Source: Eledone cirrhosa | Lineage: Eukaryota | Assembly (NCBI GenBank): GCA_964016885.1 | Contig: OZ024740.1 | Location: forward strand, 252,402,001 to 252,466,000 | DNA: 64,000 bases | Reading direction: 5' to 3' | Part shown: positions 29,941 through 42,123 of the stretch, piece by piece | How the letters are laid out: each line of letters begins with the position of its first letter | Position numbering within the stretch: the first letter of the stretch is position 1 | Position numbers and translations under genes: made by a program | The notes under the pieces: generated by a model | The model's database searches: none | What the model saw: only the letters and a program-made list of their open reading frames with translations | Told to the model about the DNA's origin: nothing

Positions 29941-30271
29941 TTTCTTTCTTTCGTTCTTTCTTTCTCTCTCTCTCCTCTCTTTTTCTTTCTTTATCTCTCT
30001 CCCTCCCTCTCTCTCTCCTTTTCTCACCCTCTCTCTCACCCTCTCTCTCACTCTCTCCACTTGACCATATGTCTTCCACTTAACATATCTTAGTGATTTT
30101 CCTTTACTCAACTTTTTTCTCTTCCCAATACTGACCCTCTTACTATCCTCTTCAAAAATATTTACCCCCTCCTCATTTTCACCCTCCCTTTCGCAGTATA
30201 GTCTCTCCCTCTTTTGTTGCTAGTTAACATTCATTGATTTACTATATATAGGTATACTTACCACACTCTCT

Positions 30272-30422
<151 letters not shown>

Positions 30423-30616
30423 ATATATATATTTATAAATATATATATATATAAATATATATATTTATGTTGTTTATAGGCTCTGTAGCCTACATAGAGC
30501 ACTCTATTTTCCTGTACCTTTCCGACGCAATTACTTCCTTCACACACACACATATATATATATATAAACAAGAAGTATAAGTCAACAGGTTAAAATTACC
30601 TCGTTCATTAATATTC

Positions 30617-30675
30617 ACTGTTATATATATTTCGGCGATAACCATTATTCAACAGCTAAGACCTCATCAGACAGC
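30617..30675 (-). ncRNA. Minimal type I hammerhead ribozyme (family D)
   Basis: Reverse complement: GCTGT CTGATGA GGT-CT-TAGCTGTT-GAAT-AATGGTTA-TC-GCC GAAA TATATA TA ACAGT. Confidence 0.75.
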
Positions 30676-30789
30676 TAGAACATGAACAGAAAAAACAATG
30701 GAACAAAGTTTACCTCTGTTATTTCGATCTTTTGATATGCCCAGTGCCGAAGTAGGGTGCTGTTTTCTCAAAGTACTATATATGTATAT

Positions 30790-31560
30790 ATAAAATACAA
30801 TATGTTGAAAAGATAACAGACTAGAGAGAGATAGTGCGCCATCAATAAAACAGGGAAAACCACCAGTGTATGGAATCTATAACCTATGAATGGCGCACTA
30901 TCTCTCTCTAGTGTGTTACCTTTTCAAAATATTGTATTTTAAAGAGCTCAGGATTTCTTCTCCTTTGAGCAAATTATTGACAGGGAATAGCGAGAGTCTA
31001 TGGCTACGTTAATTTATCGTGATATTTCGCTGCTTATAACAGTCTTTCATCTCTCTCTGTTTGGTTGAGCACACTTCTCTGGATGGTTTTGGGCTGCCCT
31101 TTCTAGCAGCTCGTCCCTCAGACATCACTGGTTCACTGCCCTAAAACTCTGTGATATCTCTCTCCCACGTGTAGCTGGACGGTCGCTTTAGATTCTCTTA
31201 GAGTTGTCTGGAATGTATAGCCTTACACACGCTGATGAACCATGGGCTACTTCATTTCAGTGAACAACTTCCCGGCGAAACAGATCTCCTTGGATTTGTA
31301 CATGTGTTATATAGTTATGGAGGTGCGTATTTACACTTTAGTTTATATTTTTAATTATCGTGTGTCTACCCTGCCTTTCATAAGTTATAGATTCCATACA
31401 CTGGTGATTTTCCCTGTTTTATTGATGGCGCACTATCTCTCTATAATGTGTTACCTTTTCAACATATTGTATTTTAAAGAGTTCAGGATTCTTTCTCCTT
31501 TGAGTACATTATTGACAGGGAATAGCGAGAGTCTATGGCTCCGTTAATTTATCGTGATAT
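30790..31560 (+). mobile_element. Family-E HHR element: short inverted arm (30790-30875) plus ~536-bp partial tandem, in (TA)n
   Basis: 30890-31025 repeated at 31425-31560; 30790-30875 is inverted relative to the unit. Confidence 0.75.
31225..31307 (+). ncRNA. Type I hammerhead ribozyme with full stem III (family E)
   Basis: ACACACG CTGATGA (stem II CC..GGG..TTCA/TGAA..CCC GG) GAAA, stem III ACAGATCT/GGATTTGT, GUA triplet, CATGTGT. Confidence 0.75.
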
Positions 31561-31588
31561 GTATATATATATATACAGAGAGAGAGAT

Positions 31589-31834
31589 CAGAGGCGGTAG
31601 AAGCATTTCTGGGGGGGGGGGGGGGGGCAAATTTGGTCAATTTAGTTGTAGTGATTAGTTTAACTGCTATTATCAAATATCAACCAAGATATAAAAAAAC
31701 GTCGATACGCGGTAAACATAACATGTACATAAATTGTGGCGCATATACAAATAGAAGTGTGTTTTGGTAGTTTGGAGAGAACAATATAAATATTGGGGGA
31801 GAGGCATGGCCCCTTGCGCTCCCCCAGTTTCACC

Positions 31835-31840
<6 letters not shown>
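31589..31840. mobile_element. MITE with CAGxGGCGG-type (hAT-like) ends
   Basis: CAGAGGCGGTAGAA ... TTCACCGCATTG imperfect TIRs; G-runs and C-runs inside. Confidence 0.5.
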
Positions 31841-31866
<26 letters not shown>

Positions 31867-32040
31867 AGAATTCATTACCTTATTAATTTTAACTGCTCCT
31901 AGTTTGAGCTGCAAGCCGCCTCATATATACGACTGTTATTTCTAGCAGTACGGTTATGAGACTAGTTAGATACTGTAAAGCCATGTGCGTCACGCAGTCT
32001 TTTAAATTATTTAGAAGTGAAGCATATCAATTTGTCTCTG

Positions 32041-32168
32041 GATGTTTACTGAGGAGAGCGAGACATGATACTCCTACACTTATTTAACTCGAAACATATT
32101 TGGATCTTAAAGTCTAAACTTATCTACGGAACAGGTTTGATTTTGAAATTTAAATGTGTCTAAACATC
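32041..32168 (+). ncRNA. Type I hammerhead ribozyme with long stem III (family F)
   Basis: Stem I GATGTTTA/TAAACATC (8 bp perfect); CTGAGGA; stem II GAG/CTC; GAAA; stem III ACATATTT/AAATGTGT extended by TTAAAGTC/GATTTTGA; GUC triplet. Confidence 0.85.
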
Positions 32169-32558
32169 ACGGCCTTTTGGCAATTCAGTTCGTCTCCGTT
32201 GATTTATTATTTTAAATCGATATGGACAAACTGTAGTATAATAATTAGTATACTTCAATCTGGCTAAATTTTTCTTTTGCAATATATATACAGATGTGTT
32301 GGTATCTGTGTTTCATCGCATACATATTAATTTATACACTGCTCAGGGGATATTTTTCCTCATTCGAGCTGATTCCATTGTAAAAGAATTCATTACCTTA
32401 TTAATTTTAACTGCTCCTAGTTTGAGCTGCAAGCCGCCTCATATATACGACTGTTATTTCTAGCAGTACGGTTATGAGACTAGTTAGATACTGTAAAGCC
32501 ATGTGCGTCACGCAGTCTTTTAAATTATTTAGAAGGGAAGCATATCAATTTGTCTCTG

Positions 32559-32686
32559 GATGTTTACTGAGGAGAGCGGGACATGATATTCCTACACTTA
32601 TTTAACTCGAAACATATTTGGATCTTAAAGTCTAAACTTATCTACGGAACAGGTTTGATTTTGAAATTTAAATGTGTCTAAACATC
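32559..32686 (+). ncRNA. Type I hammerhead ribozyme (family F), second copy
   Basis: Same as 32041-32168. Confidence 0.85.
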
Positions 32687-33094
32687 ACGGCCTTTTGGCA
32701 ATTCAGTTCGTCTCCGTTGATTTATTATTTTAAATCGATATGGACAAACTGTAGTATAATAATTAGTATACTTCAATCTGGCTAAATTTTTCTTTTGCAA
32801 TATATATACAGATGTGTTGGTATCTGTGTTTCATCGCATACATATTAATTTATATATATATATATATATTTAATATACAAATGGCTTCTACAGGCCTAGA
32901 ACTGTTTCATTCGGGAGAAATGAGTACCTTACTTACTGTGGTTACCCCCGATTGAACCCGAGATAAACTTATATATATAAGATAACCTCGGCGAGATTTG
33001 AACTCAGATCATAAAGGGCCGTAACTCTATGCTGCAAAGCATGGTGTCCAACCCTCTACCGATACTGCCAATCCACCGCCCTAATATATATATA

Positions 33095-33187
<93 letters not shown>

Positions 33188-33310
33188 ATATATGTCCACC
33201 CTCGCATTAAGGCAATCCTTCACTCCATTTATTTAGCAGTATATTACTGGATAGAGATCGAGGGAATTGAGTCCACGTATCCTCATTAGAGCTTAAATAA
33301 TTACCTACTT

Positions 33311-33404
<94 letters not shown>

Positions 33405-33600
33405 GTATGCATGTATCTGTGGGTGTGCGCGCGTGCAACCTTGTATGCGGATGTCAAACATTTACATACATATATATATATAAAATGAACATAAGTTTGT
33501 ACGTATATATATATATATATATGCCTTATATGTAGCTGTGCATATGTATATATTAGATTCGTGTAAGTAGGCTATGAGTTGCAAAAGGTGGAACACTAAG

Positions 33601-33684
<84 letters not shown>

Positions 33685-34199
33685 TTTGAACCAATTTGGG
33701 TCAGAGCCTAAAATGTCATCTCCCACATTAACTTAGTTTCCAGTCAATAATTCTGTGCACTTAATAGTGTGAAGAATACCTACTAGTTATACAAGCAGTT
33801 ACTTAACAGAGCCCCCCGTATTTTAACTTATTCTTTTTTTATATATATAACCCTATACTAGAACCCCGCTTTATGCACGGTAATTAAATAATCATGATAG
33901 TGGGTTTGTTTTGGAACTGAAAAACAGTAGAATTTCAAACTTTATAGCGTTGGAAGAATGTTGTTTGTTGTTTAAATGGATTTGTGGATTTGTTCACGGT
34001 ACCTTCACATTTAAACCTAAACTCGTGTCAATTAACTCTGCTAATTCGAAAAAATAGCATTAGCTAGTATAAATATTTTAAATAATCTTAACTATAATAT
34101 TATGAAAGCCACTAACCTATGACCGGGGAAATATTAATCTCGTCATTAGCTGCTTCAATAGTATCAACAATAAGCACATAGAAATTTCGTAGTACAATG

Positions 34200-34800
34200 A
34201 CTGCAGCCTGATGATGTCTGTCACCCTATACCAGTCATTGGTGTATTTCTGTGGTTGGTTTGCCAGGAAGGTTTGGATTTGGTTTTTGAAGAACGTGTGT
34301 GATGTTCACTGTTTCCTTGTATGTATGTAAGTATGTATGGAGTGAATGGTGAATGATGGGGTTCATCATTTTTAGAACAGACGCATAGAGCGCGAGAAGA
34401 TCAAACGGGATGTGCGTCAACAATACCCTGGTGTATCTCTTGAAATGATCGGTGTCTCCATTGAATTGGTGTCAGCAATGCCCTGGTGTATCTCTTGAAA
34501 TCATCGGTGTCTCCATTTAATTGGTGTGCTCTGAATGTGGAAATGTGTGCTTGAGAAAATCTGGCAGCCATGTTCAGAAAGAACCAGTGAACTATGATCT
34601 CCACTGTATTGCAAAATGTAATGAATGTGGCAAAGAATGTCGATCAGTAGCAGGACTGAAGTGGGATGTGAAGGTTCACAGGCAACCTGATGCAAGAACT
34701 GAGGCCAGGGAGATCCATAGTTGTCGTCAATGTGCGAAGGAATGCAAATCTCTAGCAGGCTTGAAATGCCATATCCGAGCGTCACACAAGTGAATTTGAC
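34200..34800 (+). pseudogene. LINE (probably RTE-type) ORF2 C-terminus with three C2H2-like zinc-finger motifs
   Basis: CSECGNVC..H, CNECGKECRSVAGLK...H, CRQCAKECKSLAGLKCHIRASH; degenerate upstream; followed by (TATG)n. Confidence 0.5.
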
Positions 34801-34896
34801 AAGCAATTGCAATTCTCTCAGCGTGAGTTTGCAGCCACCATGTATGTATGTATGTATGTATGTATGTATGTATGTATGTATGTATGTATGTATGTA

Positions 34897-34955
<59 letters not shown>

Positions 34956-35604
34956 TATGTCGGGTCACTCTTAAGTGCTACTGGTAACCCAGTACAACAT
35001 GTTGCATGGTCGGATCCTCGGCGACGAAACCGGCAACCACACCAAGTTTACTTGGTGTGAAGGGTGATATTGGACACCCTGCAGGACAAAAAACAAAACC
35101 TGAGAAAGGACGGAAGAACTCATGAGTCAACAGCCATCCAAAAATGTGTAAATATGTATATACATATATATATATATATGTGTGTATGTATATATGTATA
35201 TACATGTATACATATGTGTATATATGTGCGGGTACATAGAAATAATCTGGCTGGATATCCGATCGTGCGGTTAAACCACTGGGAATGAAGGATCCCTAGC
35301 CTTTGTCAGAGTATTCTTCCAGGAGAAGGCAACTCAGGAAACTGGGATAACTCTGACATAGAACCTACGGCTCAGTAGTTACCGATGATGTTGATCTTTT
35401 CTTCTTTTCGGGTTATAGCTACTGTCGCTCATAGAGTGGGATTGGCTCAGTGCACAGTCTTTCCTCACTTTAAAAAAAAAATCTTCATGCCGAAGCATTG
35501 CGCGATAGAATTAATTAATAATTATTAACAATGTTATAGCGTGTAATGGCCATACTCGATAACGAGGGGGCAGCCATCATCATGTAATTATGTATGTATG
35601 CTTG

Positions 35605-36151
35605 TGGTAGGTTTTGAAGTGACGAAAAAAAAACACAAGTTAGACATTAATTTAAACAAGTATATATTCCGTATTTAAGTCAACAACATTCTTCTAACGC
35701 TGTAAAAGCTTTCTTATGTCATTCCTATAGAAATAAGACGATTTTGAGGAGAAAAAGTTGCATATGTCCAAGGAATTGTATTCTTTTCCATTAATAAAAT
35801 GTTGTAAACTTCGGAATAAATAATACTCTGAAGGAACAAGGTCAGGAGAATGGTGACTTACACATTCGAGAATGAAGAGCAGTGTAGATGTTAATGTGTT
35901 TTCGTCGATGTCTTCACCCAGTTCTTGTGGAATCCACTTTCCAATGTTAGACACCATTCCAAGTTTCTGTAAATGACAATAAACGGTTGATAACGCTGAA
36001 TTACCCTCTTCTGCTAATACTCTAACAGTTGCATGTTTCTCTTTTCAATAGTGGCTTTCAACGTATCATTATCAAAAGAGATAGGATGCCTACAGCGGTG
36101 GCCATCTTCCAAGTTAAAATCCCCTTGTCGAAATTTATTCAACCACCATCG
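35605..36151 (-). pseudogene. Mariner transposase relic, internally deleted; 3' part
   Basis: HSPDLVPSEYYLF (YSPDL motif), GKWIPQEL (WVPHEL motif), WLNKFRQGDFNLED (HTH region). Confidence 0.85.
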
Positions 36152-37331
36152 TGATTCTGCGGAGGTTACTGATCTTATCGGCATTTTCCTTCTTTTCTCT
36201 ATCAAGGACGAATTTCTCAACGCGGGCGGTGGTTTGTACCGTGACGATGGTCTTTTGACCATGACTAAGTGCGGACCTCGTGCTTGCGACAGGTTCAGTA
36301 AAGAACTCACAGCCTTCTTTAAAGGCTTCAACCTCTCTATACAGGTTGAGGCCAATCTCTCGGTCGTTAATTACCTCGACGTTACCCTCAATTTATTGAA
36401 TGGGTTGTATTATCCGTATAGAAAGCCGAATGATACGCTTAATTACATAAGTAAGCATTCCAACCATCCTGCCAGCATAACCAAGAACCTGGTACGAAAC
36501 GTTTCGTTGAGGCTTTCCCGTCTTTCCACCAACGAGCGTATTTTCAACGACCATTCCACTTATTACAATGGAGCTCTTGCTCGAAGTGGATTTGTCGATA
36601 TGGTAGCATATACAGAGTACGAAAATAGACCTAGAAGTAATAGACCCCGTCGCATTTGTTGGTATAACCCACCATATAATATGGAGGTGGCCACACCATT
36701 AGCTAAGATCTTTCTTTCCCTTATTACGAAGCATTTTCCCCCTACACATAAATATAGTAACATTTTTAATAGAAATACTATTAAAATTTCTTATTCTACG
36801 ACTCCTAACCTTGCACATAATATCACAGCTTCAAATTTAGCTAAACTACCTAGCCGTAGGAATACGTGCATCCCTGTAGTTAGTACTAACTGTAATTGTA
36901 GGAATCGGGCTGATTTCCCCCTATCCGGGAAATGCCTCTCTAGCAACATTGTCTACAAATGTAAGGTTGTAACACCCACGTCCCGTAGGGCCTACATAGG
37001 GTTAACAGCCAATAGTTTCAAGCAACGTCTTTACATGCATAGCCATTCTTTTCGTTACCCTCTAAGAAGGAATATGACGTCACTTTCAGCTTATATCTGG
37101 AGTCTAAAAGATAACCACACCCAATATAAGTTACACTGGGAGATCCTAGCTAGGGCTAGATCGTATAACGGAAATAAAAGACCATGTGACCTCTGCGCCG
37201 CTGAGGCCCTGGAAATACTCTACGCCACAGACCACATCTTAAACAAAAAATCTGAGGCAATTTCGGCTTGTAAACATAAATTGCACAAAACTTTCCTGTA
37301 TTACAGCCCCACGTTATACCCTAACGGATAG
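36152..37331 (+). pseudogene. PLE RT (C-terminal half) + GIY-YIG endonuclease, open frame
   Basis: DSAEVTDLIG, GGLYRDD, NYLDV, SNHP, CNCRNRADFPLSGKC, IVY..YIG..FKQRLYMH, CDLC. The N-terminal ~40 aa of the listed ORF are mariner antisense. Confidence 0.9.
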
Positions 37332-38059
37332 GACGATCTATACGTGGATATTTTACGTCTTGATGTGGGAGCTAAGTATATGTTTTGTTTATACCTTTAC
37401 TTATTTGCATAGGTAAATATATTTTACCCGTATGTTTTGTGAAGGTACGTATACCTTCTCGTACGTATATTTGATTGTTATGGCGTATAATTTTATATAT
37501 TCTGGTACATATGGTTTGGCTATGTGTATACGGGAGTTTTGCGTCTGTGTGAGTATGCAGGTTCATAAGTTTGGTGGGTGTGTGTATATGTGTACTTCAT
37601 GTTTTGGTTGACTTACGTCTCCGAACATTCGTGTATTTATATGTAGGTATGTGTGTGCGCTTGTTATATACGTATTTATTTATTTATATACGTTTATATA
37701 ATTATTTATTTATTTGTATACACGCATGCACACACACACATATTTATATGTGCGGGGTTTTGTATACCTATGGTAAGTTTTTGCGTATGCTTGTGTATGT
37801 ACGTATTTGTTTGCGTGTATGTATTTATTTATTTCTATTACTTCTGTATTGTATTTATTTACTTTGTTCTTAACTCTGTAGCGGAGATTCATTTGGTCTC
37901 CTAGTTAGAATTTTAGTCTACGTCTTCTGCTATACCATTTACGTGGTTTTGTCTTTGCGTGCTATTGTTCTCCACGCTCCACATATGACGTATTATCTTC
38001 GTTTTTTCGTTCATTGCCAGAGAACGTCTCTATGCACCACCTAAGAGAACATTAGTCTA
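36152..38059 (+). mobile_element. Penelope-like element (PLE2), truncated at both ends, inserted into the mariner relic
   Basis: RT/EN frame starts abruptly at 36152; the 3' region matches 9815-10030; mariner sequence resumes at 38060. Confidence 0.85.
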
Positions 38060-38250
38060 CGAAATGCAGCAACCTCACCTTGGACTATAAACATTTTACT
38101 CTTTCTGATAAAGTGCAATATTTTTACGTAATGTTTGCGATTGAACATGCGATTATGCATTCAGCGCTAGTAGACTGATATTGTACAGGAACATATGTTA
38201 AGGAGCTAACTCTCAATAAATTTTCTCCTAACCATTTCTTCCTGCCTAGT
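38060..38250 (-). pseudogene. Mariner relic, 5' part
   Basis: Joins 36151 to restore the minus-strand frame VAAF|RWWLNKFR. Confidence 0.5.
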
Positions 38251-38280
38251 CATTCCTGTTTTTTCTTGGTACTATACATA

Positions 38281-38460
38281 TTGGCAGTATCGGTAGAGGG
38301 TCGGACGCCATGCTTTGTAGCACAGTTACATCCCTTTACGGACTGAGTTCAAATCTCGCCGAGGTTAACTTTGCCTTTCACCCTTACGGGGTCGATAAAA
38401 TAAAGTACCAGTAATACACTGGGATAATTGCTGGCCTTGTGCCAAAAAGTAGAAACAATT
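38281..38460 (+). mobile_element. tRNA-derived SINE
   Basis: Same family as 16398. Confidence 0.8.
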
Positions 38461-38895
38461 ATTTTATTAATGTTCATGCACGAAACAAAAGCGCATAAAG
38501 TTTTTTTCGTAAGCTAACATTTTTAGCAGGCAACGGTATCTTATAAACTTGTATAAGTGTCTAAAGATAGGTCACAATTTTGATGCCTCTTGTAGTCTGG
38601 CGGTTTGGTCAATATATGGTAGGTGCAGACATGTCAGTGTCTGCAACCAATGCATCGAGTGTATATGCGTATGTGTGTAAGTGTGTAAGTGTGTAAGTGT
38701 GTGTACGTGTGTCTGTATATGGCCTAGTTTTGGGCATTCGAAGGCATTGATTTTTAATAACCGTCATATTTTACATAATTTTCCAAAACGCCTGTATTTC
38801 TAACGCTTATCCACACATGCAAATCCACACACAAACACATAATCACTGACGCATACAAAAGTCACACACACACATACATACACACATACACACAT

Positions 38896-38949
<54 letters not shown>

Positions 38950-39518
38950 GCACATATACAAACACATACTCTCACTCACCTACAGACGTGCAGCTACATT
39001 CTCAGAAACAGATAGACACACAACACATCACACACACACAAACATACACAAACTGACAGACACACATACATGCACACTCACACATACACGCATACTCACA
39101 CATACATGCACACTCACACATACACGTACACTCACACATACACGCACATTCACACATATACACACACATACTCTCACTCACCCACACACTTGCAGTTATA
39201 TTCTCTGAAACATGCACACACATACACCCCTCCCCCCACACACACACGCTCACACTCACGCACACATATACTCTCACTCACCCACACACTTGCAGTTACA
39301 TTCTCAGAAGGTAACACATTACACACACAGATGTGCACACATGCACTCACACAACCACACACGTGCAATTACATTCTCAGAACAGATGCACACGCACACA
39401 TATAAACACACACATACATACACACATATATATATATATATATTATATACGCTCATACATACGCATATATTTTCACTCTACACCCTTCTCCATACCATAT
39501 TGTTCGACATTATAGTCC

Positions 39519-39715
39519 CTGCGGTGGATTGGCAGTATCGGTAGAGGATCGAACGCCATGCTTTGCAGCATAGAGTTAGGTCCCTTTACGTTCTGAGTTC
39601 AAATACCACCGAGGTTAACTTTGCCTTTCATCCTTACGGGGTCGATAAAATAAAGTACCAGTAATGCACTGGGTAATTGCTGGCCTTGTGCCAAAAGTAG
39701 AAACAATTATAATTA
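39519..39715 (+). mobile_element. tRNA-derived SINE
   Basis: Same family as 16398. Confidence 0.8.
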
Positions 39716-40299
39716 CATATATTATACACGCTCTCACACACACACATATATATTTTCTCTTTACCCCTTCCCCATACCATATTATACAACATTACATATA
39801 TATTATACACGCTCACACATACACACATATATTTCACTCTACACCTTCCCCATGCCATATTATACAACATTATAATCGGCCATCAATTGATTACATTTCC
39901 CACTGTATGACATAAATGATAAGGTTTTAGTTTCCTGTCAAAGAGGAAGTTTGCTTGTAATTCAGCTCTATAGCCGACCTATGTCTCCCTTGAACTTGCT
40001 TAATCTGTCCGTGTGTCAACACTGATGATACACATTCAAAATGGAAACTGTAGTCTTTCTATCTCACTTTCTCTCTCACTGTTGCTCTATCCCATCCCCT
40101 CTCTCACTCTCTTTTTCTCTCACTCTATCACTATCTCTCTCTCTCTTTACGTTTTACTTTATTTATCTTTTTTTTTCTTTTTTTCTTTGTGCTGGATGTA
40201 TATATATATTTTTTGACAGATCTGATGGAAGGAAAGATGTATTATTGTCTATTGTCTATGTAAAAGCTGCCAGCCCTTGCCTATTGTCATGAATCTTGG

Positions 40300-40750
40300 G
40301 TAATGACCGAAAGAATACGATCGTAAATGTAAGTGGACGAAATGGGGTTCTTCCGAAGGATCTTTGGGGCAACGGCTCTCGAATGAGTGCGTAGCTCGGA
40401 GATCAGAGAGTCGCTTCACGCCGACTTGAGAGATCACAGCTCCGATTCTATGGACATGTGCTTAGAATGTCTCAGAAAGAATCACTGGACAGATTTTATG
40501 GGCAAAACCAACCGACAGGAGATCCAGGGGTAGATTCAGAGAGGGATGATTGGATAACATTCATGGGCCTGGCTGGTCTTGCTTGGTGATCCAGCCGGAT
40601 CAATTGCAGACGATTGCTTCTGACAGGACCCACTGGAGGGAGTGTTTGAAGACTACCACCACGAGACCCACAGGAATATATGGGCGAAGAAGGAGCAAGT
40701 GATTTCCATTGTTGCACATGTTGACTAATACCGCTTGATTAGAATTTGAT
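40300..40750 (+). pseudogene. RTE-type LINE 3' fragment
   Basis: Reads LRFYGHVLRM ... IASDRTHWREC. Confidence 0.55.
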
Positions 40751-40855
40751 AAACAGAAACTGTGCATAAACCCAACGCTTACATACTTGCATACATACAC
40801 ATAGACACAGACACGGAAAGACAGATACCCCTATACACACACACGCTCGCACACA

Positions 40856-40919
<64 letters not shown>

Positions 40920-41108
40920 CACATATAAATATATTAAACTGTGCGAAACCAATTTGCTGGTTTGAGAGCTGATAAGGGTGAAGATGTGTGTGTATAAACT
41001 TGTCTTCTACATCGCTTTTCATTATTTCCTTTTTCCAATCACTTCTATGCGTTAACATATTTCCCCTTGTCCTCTTCCTCCTTCAGTCATTTCTATATTC
41101 CGTCTGCC

Positions 41109-42075
<967 letters not shown>

Positions 42076-42078
42076 TGT

Positions 42079-42118
<40 letters not shown>

Positions 42119-42123
<5 letters not shown>

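Larger units (their letters stand above)
31866..32853 (+). mobile_element. Tandem 1.9 x 518-bp non-coding HHR element (family F) in (TA)n
   Basis: Near-identical direct repeat with period 518; HHR in each unit. Confidence 0.9.

Noticed and set aside
34521-34793. Host C2H2 zinc-finger gene
   Set aside because: Lacks TGEKP linkers, has degenerate ligands, and its context fits a LINE ORF2 C-terminus
34990-35350. Possible HDV-like ribozyme or RTE 5' UTR
   Set aside because: Could not establish the nested pseudoknot pairings by eye
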